From: Magnetococcales bacterium
GTDB lineage: Bacteria > Pseudomonadota > Magnetococcia > Magnetococcales > DC0425bin3
DNA: 64,000 bases
Assembly (NCBI GenBank): GCA_015231175.1
Contig: JADGBZ010000012.1
Span: 11,509 to 75,508 of the forward strand
Direction of reading: 5' to 3'
Of the stretch, positions 38,441 through 48,643 are shown piece by piece. Under the pieces are notes generated by a model that worked only from the letters and a program-made list of their open reading frames with translations, did not search any database and was not told the origin of the DNA. The number at the start of each line of letters is the position of its first letter. Position 1 is the stretch's first letter. A program made the translations under genes and the position numbers.

Positions 38441-39268
38441 TCACGCGGGGGGCTCGGTCTCTGACGCGGAAGGCGCAGCCTCTGACTCTGTCGCCGGTTG
38501 CAGCACGGCCAGCAACATCATGCCCACCCCAATGATGGCCATGGGCAGCGTCAACCATTGGCCCATGGTGAGGCCAAAACTCAAATAGCCAAGCTGCACA
38601 TCCGGTTCCCGGACAAACTCCACCAAAAAACGAAACAGGGCGTAGAACGCCAGAAAAGCCCCCAACATGAAACCACGGGGCCGCTCACGGCGCCCCAACC
38701 ACCAAAGAATGACAAACAGAACAACGCCTTCCAGTGCGGCCTCGTAAAGTTGGCTCGGATGCCGTGGCAAACTCCCAGCCCCGGGAAAAACCATACCCCA
38801 TGGCAAGTCCGTTGTGCGGCCCCAAAGCTCACCGTTGATGAAATTGCCGATACGTCCCAAAAAAAGCCCCAGGGGAAAGATGGGAATGGCCATATCCGCC
38901 AAGGTCAGACAGGAGATGTTGCGCCGACGGGAAAACACATAGCAAAGGAACAAAACGCCAACAAGCCCCCCGTGAAAGGACATGCCCCCTTCCCACACCC
39001 TGAGGATGACCCAAGGATCGGCCCTGACATGGGCATACTGGTAGAAGAGAACATAACCCAGGCGCCCACCCAGAATGACGCCAGCCAGGATCCACACCAC
39101 AAGATCCCCCAGCATATCCCGGTCCAGGTGGGGTAGATGACGTTTCGCACGATACTTGAGAAGCGGCCAGCCTAGAATGAAGGCCAACGTGTACATCATC
39201 CCGTACCAGCGAATTCCCAGGGGACCGATCTGAACAATGACCGGATCCAGATGAGGAAAGGCAATCAT
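38441..39268 (-). CDS. lgt: Prolipoprotein diacylglyceryl transferase
   Basis: IRWYGMMY, GGRLGYVLFY, GGMSFHGG, GRIGNFINGELWG, HPSQLYEA. Confidence 0.9.
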   Translation of the reverse strand: MIAFPHLDPVIVQIGPLGIRWYGMMYTLAFILGWPLLKYRAKRHLPHLDRDMLGDLVVWILAGVILGGRLGYVLFYQYAHVRADPWVILRVWEGGMSFHGGLVGVLFLCYVFSRRRNISCLTLADMAIPIFPLGLFLGRIGNFINGELWGRTTDLPWGMVFPGAGSLPRHPSQLYEAALEGVVLFVILWWLGRRERPRGFMLGAFLAFYALFRFLVEFVREPDVQLGYLSFGLTMGQWLTLPMAIIGVGMMLLAVLQPATESEAAPSASETEPPA

Positions 39269-40110
39269 GCGGCTTGATCTCCTTCGGGAGGTTCAGGCTT
39301 GTCCGATTCCGGATAGCAGCCGAGATATTTAATGCTGTTGGTGAAAAATTTCAATTCATCCAGGGCATGTCTGACGGAGACATCGTTCGGGCGTCCCTGA
39401 AAATCCAGATAAAAGTGGTAGGCCCAGGGCATGCCCTGGATGGGTCTCGACTCCAGTCGGGTCAAATTGACGCCATTGGTGGCAAAACCGCCCAGACACT
39501 TGTAGAGAGCAGCCGGAATGTTGCGCACGGCAAACAGCAAACTGGTCTTGCACGGAAGGTCATCCGGGGGCGCGACCTCATCTCTGGCCACCAGGAGAAA
39601 ACGGGTGGTGTTCATGCGGCAATCCTGAATATCCCTCTTCAACACCTTCAACCCGTACAGATCCGCACACAGCTCGGAAGCAACGGCCACATCCGCAGGG
39701 TTGCCGCGTTCCACCAGATCCGCCGCAGCCCCGGCTGTATCGTAGACGGAAAAACGTACCCAGTTGTAGCGTTTCAGGAAAGCTCGACACTGGGCCAACC
39801 CCTGAGGATGGGAATAGACCGCCTTCACCCCGTCGAGGTGGGCATCGGGCAATCCCAACAGGGAGTGACGCACCAACAGGTAGTGCTCCCCAACGATATG
39901 CAGTTTGTGGGTTGCCAACAGGTCATAACTGTCGCTGACCACACCCGCCATGCTGTTCTCGACGGGCAACATGCCGATGGCAGCCTTTCCATCCTCCACA
40001 GCCAGAAAAACATCCTCGAAACTGTAGCAGGGGAGCAGATCCCGACCTGGCAGTTTCTCCCGACAAGCCTGTTCACTGTAGGCCCCGCGCTTACCCTGAA
40101 AGGCGATCAT
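39265..40110 (-). CDS. pheA: Prephenate dehydratase (no chorismate mutase domain)
   Basis: IAFQGKRGAYSE, VENSMAGVV, TRFLLV, and a C-terminal ACT domain with ESRP. The stop overlaps the lgt start (ATGA). Confidence 0.88.
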   Translation of the reverse strand: MIAFQGKRGAYSEQACREKLPGRDLLPCYSFEDVFLAVEDGKAAIGMLPVENSMAGVVSDSYDLLATHKLHIVGEHYLLVRHSLLGLPDAHLDGVKAVYSHPQGLAQCRAFLKRYNWVRFSVYDTAGAAADLVERGNPADVAVASELCADLYGLKVLKRDIQDCRMNTTRFLLVARDEVAPPDDLPCKTSLLFAVRNIPAALYKCLGGFATNGVNLTRLESRPIQGMPWAYHFYLDFQGRPNDVSVRHALDELKFFTNSIKYLGCYPESDKPEPPEGDQAA

Positions 40111-40286
40111 GTCCGTGCATCCCACAATTCCTTGTCATTTTCCGCCAGTTCGGATACCCGAGTACAACCCTCTGGCAAGAGTGACTCACGGAGTCCATTC
40201 TTGCAAAGGATTTTTAGTTTGCACCGTTTTTTGGGCGCATACTGCGTATGCACGGTGAAACATCAAAAACACATGGTGGTGAAATC

Positions 40287-41090
40287 ATGTTGGATGAACG
40301 GCGTTGCAAAGCAGACTCACGAGGCGCCATCGCCGTTAGCGCTACCGATTGGTCGCTCCAAGCGTCGGCACAAAATTTGGCAACCTCCCTCCAATTGCCT
40401 TTCGTCACCTTGGATAGCCACGATTATGCCTTCCTGTTGACCTGCACCCCGGAGCGCCTTGAGTTGCGGGCAACCGGTCCGGATGGTACCGGACCGGTTT
40501 ATGTTTTCTTCGATCCGGGGGATTGGATCAACCGCAACCGTCCCGGCCAGGGGCGCCAACGTGACCTTGCAGTGGCCATGGGGTTGCGGCGCAGCAAACT
40601 CCTGCCTACCATCCTCGATGCGACGGCAGGATTGGGACGTGATGCCTACGCTTTGGCTTTGCTGGGCTGCAAGGTGACCATGATGGAGCGATCTCCCATC
40701 GTGGCCGCCCTGTTATGGGACGGCCTGGAGCGGGCGCTCCGGGAACCCCTTATCGCCCCTTTGGTGGAGAGGAATCTCATCTTTGTCCCGGGTAACGCCG
40801 TGTCTGTCATGCAAACCGGCGGGGATGACGCCGTGCGTCCAGATGTGGTCTATCTGGACCCCATGCATCCTCCCCGAACCAAGTCTGCCCTGGTTCGCAA
40901 GGAGATGCGCCATTTACGGGTCATTGTTGGTGATGATATGGACTCGCAGGATCTTTTGACGGCAGCCCTGGGCTACGCACGGCGGCGCGTCGTACTTAAA
41001 CGCCCCCGTCGGGCTGAATGGCTTTCCCCACAGCACCCTAGCTACATCGTTTCAGGTCGCACGGTTCGCTACGAAGTCTATCTGATATAA
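40287..41090 (+). CDS. rsmJ: 16S rRNA m2G1516 methyltransferase RsmJ-like (SAM-dependent)
   Basis: ILDATAGLGRDAYALALLGCKVTMMERSP and VVYLDPMHP motifs. Start uncertain (ATG 40287 or 40248). Confidence 0.8.
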   Translation: MLDERRCKADSRGAIAVSATDWSLQASAQNLATSLQLPFVTLDSHDYAFLLTCTPERLELRATGPDGTGPVYVFFDPGDWINRNRPGQGRQRDLAVAMGLRRSKLLPTILDATAGLGRDAYALALLGCKVTMMERSPIVAALLWDGLERALREPLIAPLVERNLIFVPGNAVSVMQTGGDDAVRPDVVYLDPMHPPRTKSALVRKEMRHLRVIVGDDMDSQDLLTAALGYARRRVVLKRPRRAEWLSPQHPSYIVSGRTVRYEVYLI

Positions 41091-41149
41091 CCCTGAACAT
41101 CAGGGCAATCGCATCTGAAAATGGCGCACCCGAGGCTGTGATCGCTGTC

Positions 41150-41218
41150 AACAACGAAACGGGGTCCAGGGGGCTGGCTCCCTGGATCCCGTTTCGTTGG
41201 CGGGTGGTGAATAGTTAC
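41150..41218 (+). repeat. MITE-like element F (right module duplicated in inverted orientation, forming a long hairpin)
   Basis: 41153-41198 forms arms of about 19 bp (AACGAAACGGGGTCCAGGG / CCCTGGATCCCGTTTCGTT, one mismatch), followed by GGCGGGTGGTGAATAGTTAC. It lies between the convergent rsmJ and DUF4340 genes. Confidence 0.75.
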
Positions 41219-41254
41219 TATTTGTCTTTAAGGGGGGCTGGGCAGTCACGACGG

Positions 41255-42601
41255 TTACTTTTTTTCCTTTGTTTCCTTTGTTTCAGGAAACAAAGCCTTC
41301 AGAGATTCATCCAAACTCACCGATTGCAAAGGGGTCAAGCGCAGAAGAAGCGGGCGATCGGGTGGAGCCAGTTGGTAGCTCTCTCCCTCTTTTTTGAAGG
41401 GGATTTTGAATGGAACGCCTTTGTTTTCCACTGTGACAACAAAATCGGGCGGGACAAGAGGAGCCTCAGCCTCAGCCGCAACCGCATCCCGCAACAACAC
41501 CTCTGCAACCGATTGCCAGGCTGGATGGGGCCAATCCCCCTCCTCCTTGACTTTGCCATGCACGGCCATTTTATCCACCTCAACCGACTTCCCCTCTGCG
41601 GTCTTTTTTCTCTCTGCGTCCAAATGCTTCTCACCACGATCCAAAAGAAGGCGTTGCAGATCCAAACCAGGGGGAAGTGGGCGCAAATCGACCAGGCTCA
41701 GTGGGGGTTTGTCCAGCATCTTGGCAATGGTTGCCTCCAGAATCATGTTGTCCGGATCGCCCGGGCGCCTGGCCAAAAGCGAACCACCACTACGCCAAGC
41801 GACCAGAACGAGCGGTTCCCCTTTGCCTGGCTGCAAAGTCAGTTTCCAGTCCGGTTTTTCCGGTGGCGTCCCGACCGCAAAACTGACTGCCGCAGCGTGC
41901 AGCAATCCATCCAACCAGCCCTGTACCAGATGACCCGAAGCCCGGTCCGCAAAGGGTTTGACCAGTTGCCACGACCCGTTCTGATCCTGTTTCAGATGGA
42001 TCTCCTGACCATCCTTGTCGACCAGACCCATGGCAACAATCTGTTGATTTTCCAGGGAAACACCCCATTTTTTAGCGCGCAGATCCTGCAATTTCTGGGT
42101 CAACCCGGAAATCTCATAGCTGGGAACCATGACCACGGGTCCGTCAGCGCCCAAGCGAAGATACCGGTTGGTGCTGGTAGGGGATTGACTGCCGAGCTGC
42201 AAAACGGTGGGAGCTCCAGACGCAGCATCATGCAGCGTCAACACGGCATCCGGTTCTGCCAAACCAAAATCGCCCGGGTTGTCGGGCTTGTCTGTGATTT
42301 TCTCTTTGAAGTGACGTTCCAGAACAGCGAAAAGGCGGGTAACGGCTTCCTGGTCAGTCAACATGGAGCCCGGAGAGGTGATCTCCCACTTGTCGGACTT
42401 TTTCTCCAACGTGATGGAGTTCTCACCCTTGGGTTGCAGAGTCGCCCGGGTCAGCTTGGCCACGGTCAGGGTGGAAATGGCACGCGAAAGCTCTTCAGCG
42501 TTCTTTTTTTGTATCTCGTTGCGGTCAGCCAGCCACAAACCCGCACCACAGGCCAACAGGATGGCCAGGAGGAGAAGATTGATCATCCAACCTCGGAACA
42601 T
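41255..42601 (-). CDS. DUF4340-like protein (last gene of the GldG-type ABC operon)
   Basis: N-terminal TM anchor. Its position downstream of gldG matches the usual ABC-ATPase / ABC-2 permease / GldG / DUF4340 arrangement. The domain call rests on context and size. Confidence 0.7.
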   Translation of the reverse strand: MFRGWMINLLLLAILLACGAGLWLADRNEIQKKNAEELSRAISTLTVAKLTRATLQPKGENSITLEKKSDKWEITSPGSMLTDQEAVTRLFAVLERHFKEKITDKPDNPGDFGLAEPDAVLTLHDAASGAPTVLQLGSQSPTSTNRYLRLGADGPVVMVPSYEISGLTQKLQDLRAKKWGVSLENQQIVAMGLVDKDGQEIHLKQDQNGSWQLVKPFADRASGHLVQGWLDGLLHAAAVSFAVGTPPEKPDWKLTLQPGKGEPLVLVAWRSGGSLLARRPGDPDNMILEATIAKMLDKPPLSLVDLRPLPPGLDLQRLLLDRGEKHLDAERKKTAEGKSVEVDKMAVHGKVKEEGDWPHPAWQSVAEVLLRDAVAAEAEAPLVPPDFVVTVENKGVPFKIPFKKEGESYQLAPPDRPLLLRLTPLQSVSLDESLKALFPETKETKEKK

Positions 42602-42629
42602 GACGCCTCCTCATATACACGTTTCATAC

Positions 42630-42781
42630 GGCTATTCACAATCCTTTTGGAAAAAGCCCCGACATGAGAGCCCTTGTCAGGGCTTCGCCCCGAACCCCAC
42701 CAGGAAGAAGGGCACAGCCCTTCCTCCTGGACCTCCATCCCAGTCTTTCAATCGCCTTCTGGGCGGGTGCTGAACAGGTAC
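42630..42781 (+). mobile_element. MITE-like element copy G (type 2, full length)
   Basis: GGCTATTCACAATCC ... core ... CCAGGAAGAAGGGCACAGCCCTTCCTCCTGG hairpin ... GGACCTCCATCCCAGTCTTTCAATCG ... GGTGCTGAACAGGTAC. It lies between the gldG stop and the DUF4340 start. Confidence 0.75.
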
Positions 42782-42784
42782 CGA

Positions 42785-44131
42785 TTATTTCCTTCTGCGT
42801 TTGGACCAGATCACAACACCGGTACCCACCAGGATCAGAGGAATGCCCAACAACGCCCCCAGGAAGAGAAATTGGGCCGTGCGACCAGGAATGGACAATC
42901 CGGCATCCATGTTTTTCTTGGGTTTGATGGCAATGAAGCTCTCATCCTCGGCCAGCCAACGCACCGTATTGAGGAAAAGGGTGTCGTTGCCGGAATATTG
43001 GATGTAAGCATTGGAGGCAAAATCCGAGTCCCCTGTAACGGCAAGCCGGAAATCCTTCTCCTGTACCGTAACACCCATCCAGATTGGACCTTTCAAATCC
43101 TTGTCTGGATTGAACTCCACCGTGCCCGACGAGATGTCTCCGGCTTCCAGCCAGCCACGATCAGCACCAGCCAGAATACGTGTCCGGGTGGGCCCGTTGG
43201 GCGCACTTGTGGGCTCCATGTTGATCCCACAAGCCTCGGCAAGGACGGCAGGCATCTTCAAATCCTTGGTGATGGGGTGGGATGGGTCATATTGGGAGAT
43301 GATGGGGGTAGTCGGACCGGCCCCGAACAGACGGGACACCGGATCGATCACAACCCCTTCCTGGAAGGAGATGCCCTGGGTCAGAAGAAATTTTTCCAAA
43401 CCGGATTGCGTGCGCGGGTCGCGCATGATCAAGGCCCGACCTTTACCGGCCTGCAACCATTTTTCGAGGCGTTCGACCTCCATGGGCAGCAAGGATTTGG
43501 CCGGCCCAGCCACGACCACAACGGTGGTATCCGCCGGAACGGCCTCCTCGCTGGCCAGATTCAACTCCTGGACCTGATACCCTTCACCCCGCAACAGCTG
43601 GGCGACGACCTGATAGGAGGCACGCTCCTCACCAGAAAGCGGATGTTCGCCATGACCGGTCAGGAAACGCAAAATTTTGACCGTTCCCTTCTGGAGCCGA
43701 ATCAAAGCATTGGTCACCGACTCCTCCGTGGTTTCGGTGATTTTTTCCGACTTGTTGTTGGCACGCAGAAGGACGGTACCGTAGGTGGCGATGCTCTCCT
43801 GCCGGGCAAGGGCCGGGTTGCTGTCCGGGTTGATGAATTGAATGGTCAGTTTGGGATTAATCACCCGATATTTTTCCAGCAACTCTGAAATTTCACGTCG
43901 GCGATCCTTGTCTTCCTGAAGGAAAACCGTGGCAGAAAGACCTTTGTCGAAAGCTTGGACGGCTTTGACCGATTGCTCGGCCAAGGTATGCCGTCCGCTG
44001 TTGGTCCAGTCCCACTGCCTTGGATAGCGATTCGTGGCATAGGCCGCCACGATGAAGAGAAGGGCCAACAGCAAGCCGGTGAGCAAATTTTGCGTGCGCA
44101 GGTTCAAGCGGGTTGAACGATTCATTCTCAT
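42785..44131 (-). CDS. GldG-family ABC-transport auxiliary protein
   Basis: N- and C-terminal TM helices flank a large periplasmic domain, the typical GldG architecture. It follows the ABC-2 permease. Confidence 0.8.
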   Translation of the reverse strand: MRMNRSTRLNLRTQNLLTGLLLALLFIVAAYATNRYPRQWDWTNSGRHTLAEQSVKAVQAFDKGLSATVFLQEDKDRRREISELLEKYRVINPKLTIQFINPDSNPALARQESIATYGTVLLRANNKSEKITETTEESVTNALIRLQKGTVKILRFLTGHGEHPLSGEERASYQVVAQLLRGEGYQVQELNLASEEAVPADTTVVVVAGPAKSLLPMEVERLEKWLQAGKGRALIMRDPRTQSGLEKFLLTQGISFQEGVVIDPVSRLFGAGPTTPIISQYDPSHPITKDLKMPAVLAEACGINMEPTSAPNGPTRTRILAGADRGWLEAGDISSGTVEFNPDKDLKGPIWMGVTVQEKDFRLAVTGDSDFASNAYIQYSGNDTLFLNTVRWLAEDESFIAIKPKKNMDAGLSIPGRTAQFLFLGALLGIPLILVGTGVVIWSKRRRK

Positions 44132-44154
44132 GGTCGAGTTCCCTCCTTGTGATC

Positions 44155-44931
44155 TCAGAATCCTTCTACCCGTTGTGCCAACAGGCGTTGCCGGGCAAAA
44201 GTCAGACCGGCAACCGAAACGATGATGAAATAGGCCAGATCAGCTGTACTGACGATCCCCTGGAGCAATTTTTCATAGTGGTCGATCAAGGAGGCGTATC
44301 CCAGGATGCGTCCGGCCCCCTCGGCGCCTGAATCCCCGAGCCAACCGACAATCCAGAGCAACAACAAGGCGCCAAACGTCAACACGGCGGCCACGACCGG
44401 ATTGTCGGTCGCGCTGGAAGCTGCCACACCAATGGCGCCGAACGTGGCGGCCAAAAGAAACAGACCGATCATGCCAGAGAAAAATTGGCCCGGGTCGGGA
44501 TGCCCATAGAGAAACAGCATGGCCGGCAACAGACCGATCAGAAGAACAGTCACCCCCAGAAACAAAAGCAACCCCAGATATTTACCCAAGACGATCTGTA
44601 AAGGGGAGAGTGGGGAAGAAGCCAACGCCGGCCAGGTGCCCCGGCGTTTTTCATCCGCGATCAGACGCATGCTGATCAAGGGAATGATGAGCAAAAGCAG
44701 GACAGCCGTGTTGCCCAACAGAGGCGTCACGGTCCATTCGGTCAGGGGCAATCCCCCTCCCATACCCTGGCCATAGGCCTGATATTGGAGCTGCCGGAGC
44801 AAATACTGTTGCACCAGACTGCCAAACATGTAGGCGCAAATGGCGAACAGAACGCCCAAAAGGGTCCAAGCCAGCGGCGAAAGAAACATGGATCGCCACT
44901 CGCGAACAGCCATGGTCCAGATCGCTTTCAT
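44155..44931 (-). CDS. ABC-2 type transporter permease (GldF-like)
   Basis: 258 aa, multi-TM protein. Its start overlaps the stop of the ATPase gene by 4 nt. Confidence 0.8.
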   Translation of the reverse strand: MKAIWTMAVREWRSMFLSPLAWTLLGVLFAICAYMFGSLVQQYLLRQLQYQAYGQGMGGGLPLTEWTVTPLLGNTAVLLLLIIPLISMRLIADEKRRGTWPALASSPLSPLQIVLGKYLGLLLFLGVTVLLIGLLPAMLFLYGHPDPGQFFSGMIGLFLLAATFGAIGVAASSATDNPVVAAVLTFGALLLLWIVGWLGDSGAEGAGRILGYASLIDHYEKLLQGIVSTADLAYFIIVSVAGLTFARQRLLAQRVEGF

Positions 44932-45884
44932 GAATTCACCTCCGCAGGTGTGACAGAGTCGGATTCCGCCTTGGTCAGTTGCACAAAAATATCCTCCAGG
45001 GAGTGTGCATTGGGTGTCAGTTCCCGCAAATCCCAGTTGCCGGACACCGAACGCCGGACCAGCTCAGGGACCGGGTCTGCCTGCTCCTGGGGCGTGATGT
45101 GCCAGAGTTCCTCTTCCATGGACACAGCGGCAACCCCCGGTATGTCCATGATCGCCTTTTTATCGGGCGGCAATCCCCAACGAACCGTGATCCGCGCTCT
45201 TTGTTGACTGCGTTGTTCCAGGCCGGCCAGGGTATCTTCCACCACAATCCTCCCCTGGTGAATCAGAGCCACCCGGTCGCAGGTCATTTGGACTTCCGGC
45301 AGAATGTGGGTCGAGAGCAATACGGAGTGTTCGCCACCCAAGGTGCGGATCAGGCTGCGTATTTCCCGGATTTGCAGGGGATCCAACCCGGCTGTGGGCT
45401 CGTCGAGGATCACCACCTCCGGGGAGTGGACGATCGCCTGCGCGATACCCGCCCGCTGCCGATAACCCTTGGAAAGGTGTCCCAACAACCTGTCCGCCTG
45501 ATCGGACAATCCACAGTGAGTCATAGCCCGGTCCAACGCATCCTTGAGGCGACTGGTCGGCACGCCGCGCAAACTGGCCAGATAAGCCAGGTATTCCCGG
45601 ACCGTCATGTCATCGTAGATCGGCGGACTCTCCGGCAAAAACCCGATCTTGGCCCGTGCTGCCTCGGGTTTCTCCAAAATGTCCATGCCAGCCACACGGA
45701 TGCTTCCTTCGGTGGGGGCCAGCAATCCCGCCAGGATGCGCATGGTGGTCGTCTTGCCGGCGCCATTCGGACCCAGAAACCCCATGACTTCGCCTCGTCT
45801 CACGTTGAGGGAGATCCGGTCCAAAACCCGATTGAGGCCGTAATAGCGCGTGAGTTCTGATACTTCTATCATGTTTTCGGACAT
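44928..45884 (-). CDS. ABC transporter ATP-binding protein (GldA-like)
   Basis: Walker A GPNGAGKTT, signature LSKGYRQR, Walker B VVILDEPTAGLD, H-loop STH. Confidence 0.9.
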   Translation of the reverse strand: MSENMIEVSELTRYYGLNRVLDRISLNVRRGEVMGFLGPNGAGKTTTMRILAGLLAPTEGSIRVAGMDILEKPEAARAKIGFLPESPPIYDDMTVREYLAYLASLRGVPTSRLKDALDRAMTHCGLSDQADRLLGHLSKGYRQRAGIAQAIVHSPEVVILDEPTAGLDPLQIREIRSLIRTLGGEHSVLLSTHILPEVQMTCDRVALIHQGRIVVEDTLAGLEQRSQQRARITVRWGLPPDKKAIMDIPGVAAVSMEEELWHITPQEQADPVPELVRRSVSGNWDLRELTPNAHSLEDIFVQLTKAESDSVTPAEVNS

Positions 45885-46172
45885 CTGCGGCTCCTTCCGT
45901 TGTCATCCGTCATCTTCCGCGATCCCGCTCGCAGGCTCAACGATCACCATGCGCAGGGTTCGGGGGTTGGATGATCAGCGTGCTGGTATCGGTGTCGACG
46001 TGAAGTGAGTAAAAGATAATCATGCATGTGATGAATTTGCCATCACTCAACCTATCTATGGTTAAATAATAAGCACTCCACCCCTGTCCATTTTTGGAAT
46101 TTTGTTTGCTTATCTTTTTGAAAGTGTTGAAAATGCTATCGATAAACAACAAGGCAGACAGACTGTCCTGCT

Positions 46173-46188
46173 TGGTACATGCTTTGCA
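46173..46188 (+). promoter_or_regulatory. Candidate sigma54 (-24/-12) promoter upstream of glnA
   Basis: TGGTACATGCTTTGCA against consensus TGGCAC-N5-TTGCA/T. The GG-to-GC spacing is correct and there is one mismatch. It lies 275 nt upstream of the glnA ATG, with an AT-rich tract and a GTGATG-N7-CATCAC inverted repeat (46028..46046) further upstream. Confidence 0.4.
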
Positions 46189-46463
46189 CCCCAGGCAAGC
46201 GATCAGGCTTTCCGGAGCTGTGCGCCCCCTGAACAAAAAAAGCCCTGCCAAGCCGAAACAAGAATTTTGATCGTTTTTTGGTCATTTTGCTTTTATGCTG
46301 TTCCACCCTTGACCCGGACCGGGATTGTCAGCTTGAATGCCCGGGATGTCCAGGGACGACGAAAAACAGGATACCGTGGATGCTCCCAGCCTGCAACTGC
46401 CGTTACCGGCCATGACCGGTCACTATTGAAAAACCCTTATCGCGTGGAAGGAGTGCATGATCG

Positions 46464-47885
46464 ATGGCTGATCAGGAACAGGTTCGCAAGGCCCTTGATA
46501 TGATCAAGGGTAACGAGGTGGAATTCGTGGATTTCCGGTTTACGGATTTCAAGGGCAAGTGGCAACACATCACGGCGCCCGCTGGCCGGGTCGGGGCGGA
46601 GGTGTTCGAGTCCGGTTTCGGTTTTGACGGCTCGTCCATCGCCGGATGGTGCGCCATCCATCAGTCCGACATGGTCTTTTTGCCGGATGCATCCACTGCC
46701 CAGTTGGATCCGTTCACCGAGGCCCCCACCCTGGTGTTGATCTGTGATGTCGTGGATCCCTTCACCGGCGAAGGTTACACCCGTGACCCGCGTGCGGTCG
46801 CCAAACGGGCGCAGTCCTACCTCCAGTATACTGGCGTTGGCGACACTATCTATTGTGGTCCGGAAGTTGAATTTTTTCTCTTCGACTCGGTTCGTTTCGG
46901 GTCCGGGGTCAACCACTGCTCCCATTTCATCGACTCGATCGAAGGCGCGTGGAACAGCAATACCGACTATGAAGAGGGAAACCGGGGGCATCGCCCCATG
47001 GTCAAAGGCGGATATTTCCCGGTTGCCCCGGTGGACTCCATGCAGGACATCCGCTCCGAAATGTCCACCATCATGGAAGAGATGGGACTCACCATCGAAT
47101 TCCACCACCATGAGGTGGCCACGGCGGGCCAGTGCGAAATCGACATGAGATTCGGCCCCATGTTGCAGATGGCCGATAGCGTCCAGATCTACAAATACGT
47201 TGTGCATAACGTCGCCCACCAGCACGGTCGGACCGTCACCTTCATGCCGAAGCCCCTCTCCGGTGACAACGGCTCCGGCATGCACACCCACATGTCCATC
47301 TGGAAAGACGGCAAGCCGCTCTTTTTCGGCAATCAGTATGCGGACTTGTCGGAGATGGCCCTGCACTTTATCGGCGGTATCAAGAAGCACGCCAAGGCAC
47401 TGAATGCCTTCACAAACCCCTCAACCAACTCCTACAAGCGCCTGATCCCGGGCTTCGAAGCTCCGGTGTTGTTGGCTCATTCGGCCCGGAACCGCTCTGC
47501 GAGCATCCGCATTCCGGCTTCCAACAATCCCAAAGGCAAGCGCTGTGAAATTCGCTTCCCGGATCCTTGCGCCAATCCTTACCTGGCCTTTTCTGCCATG
47601 TTGATGGCCGGGTTGGACGGTATCGAAAATCGGATCGATCCCGGCAGCCCCATGGACAAAAACCTCTATGATCTGCCCCCGGAAGAGTTGAAAAATATTC
47701 CCACCGTCTGCGGATCCCTGCGGGAAGCCCTGGCTGAACTGAGTGCCAACCGGGAATTCCTCAAAAAAGGCGATGTCTTCAGCGATGATTTGATCGACGC
47801 ATGGATCGAGTTGAAGATGTCGGAGGTGTACAGGATCGAACACACCCCACACCCGTTGGAATTTGAGATGTACTACTCCGTCTGA
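46464..47885 (+). CDS. glnA: Glutamine synthetase type I
   Basis: 473 aa with FDGSSI, the ATP-binding region [14 protein letters not shown], and the adenylylation-loop context [17 protein letters not shown] lies 8 nt upstream. Confidence 0.95.
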   Translation: MADQEQVRKALDMIKGNEVEFVDFRFTDFKGKWQHITAPAGRVGAEVFESGFGFDGSSIAGWCAIHQSDMVFLPDASTAQLDPFTEAPTLVLICDVVDPFTGEGYTRDPRAVAKRAQSYLQYTGVGDTIYCGPEVEFFLFDSVRFGSGVNHCSHFIDSIEGAWNSNTDYEEGNRGHRPMVKGGYFPVAPVDSMQDIRSEMSTIMEEMGLTIEFHHHEVATAGQCEIDMRFGPMLQMADSVQIYKYVVHNVAHQHGRTVTFMPKPLSGDNGSGMHTHMSIWKDGKPLFFGNQYADLSEMALHFIGGIKKHAKALNAFTNPSTNSYKRLIPGFEAPVLLAHSARNRSASIRIPASNNPKGKRCEIRFPDPCANPYLAFSAMLMAGLDGIENRIDPGSPMDKNLYDLPPEELKNIPTVCGSLREALAELSANREFLKKGDVFSDDLIDAWIELKMSEVYRIEHTPHPLEFEMYYSV

Positions 47886-47920
47886 TCCGCTCTTCCGTCG
47901 GATCCACGAGTCACGAGAGA

Positions 47921-47950
47921 GCCGCCCGAAGTTTCGGGCGGCTTTTTTTT
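47921..47950 (+). terminator. Rho-independent terminator of glnA
   Basis: GCCGCCCG-AAGTTT-CGGGCGGC hairpin followed by T8, 36 nt after the glnA stop. Confidence 0.85.
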
Positions 47951-48024
47951 AAGATCCAGAGCAACTATCCAGCACGCGGCGACGCATCGGGTCCGGATGG
48001 TTGGCTTCCTGGCACTCCTTCATC

Positions 48025-48573
48025 TCATACCCAAACCTGTGTGGTATATCCCTGTGAAACATCCTGATATTTGCGGGCCGCAAGGGGCATGGCCGATGAT
48101 TGGACGCTGTGCAACTTGCGCGCCTCCTGGATCAAGGCGTGATTGCTGCGGCGCACCTTGTCGGCAAGAATGCGTGAAAAATTGCTCATGATGCGATAGC
48201 CAAGAAGGGTCGCTTCCCCCATTAGCGCTAACATTTTTTCCTTCTCAAGGATATACAGGGTGAGCTTTTCCTGGGCAATCGTCGTTGCGCTGCGTGGGGA
48301 GCCATCCAGAAAAGCCACTTCACCAAAAATATCCGGTCCAGTGATCGTGGCCAGGGTTCGGCGGGAGCCACCACCTCCCATGTCGATTTCAACCTGAACC
48401 CGCCCTTGCAGCAAACAATACACCCCAGACCCGGGCGCCCCTTCCTGAAAAATGACTTGCCCCGGAGCAAAATCCCGTACCTGGGCACACCGCCCCACGA
48501 CCATTTTCAACTCATCTGCCGTCAAATCATTGAAGAGGCTGATCTGGCTAAACAATCGAACATCAATCTCCAT
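48025..48573 (-). CDS. Cyclic nucleotide-binding domain protein
   Basis: cNMP-binding fold motifs (FGEVAFLDGSPRSATTIA). ATG 48573 is preceded by GGGAGAGGGGGG 5 nt upstream. Confidence 0.75.
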   Translation of the reverse strand: MEIDVRLFSQISLFNDLTADELKMVVGRCAQVRDFAPGQVIFQEGAPGSGVYCLLQGRVQVEIDMGGGGSRRTLATITGPDIFGEVAFLDGSPRSATTIAQEKLTLYILEKEKMLALMGEATLLGYRIMSNFSRILADKVRRSNHALIQEARKLHSVQSSAMPLAARKYQDVSQGYTTQVWV

Positions 48574-48643
48574 AACTTCCCCCCTCTCCCGAAAGACGTT
48601 ACCAGGCATTTTGCGTCACCACCCGGCACCCTTTTCCTCCCCC

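Noticed and set aside
45937-46251. A 104-aa minus-strand ORF in the AT-rich region upstream of glnA.
   Set aside because: It has no SD or recognisable domain and an odd composition. It overlaps the candidate sigma54 promoter. The region is more plausibly regulatory.
46189-46463. Possible glutamine riboswitch or glnA RNA motif in the long glnA leader.
   Set aside because: I could not recognise the conserved glutamine-riboswitch core by eye. A covariance-model scan would be needed, so nothing is claimed.
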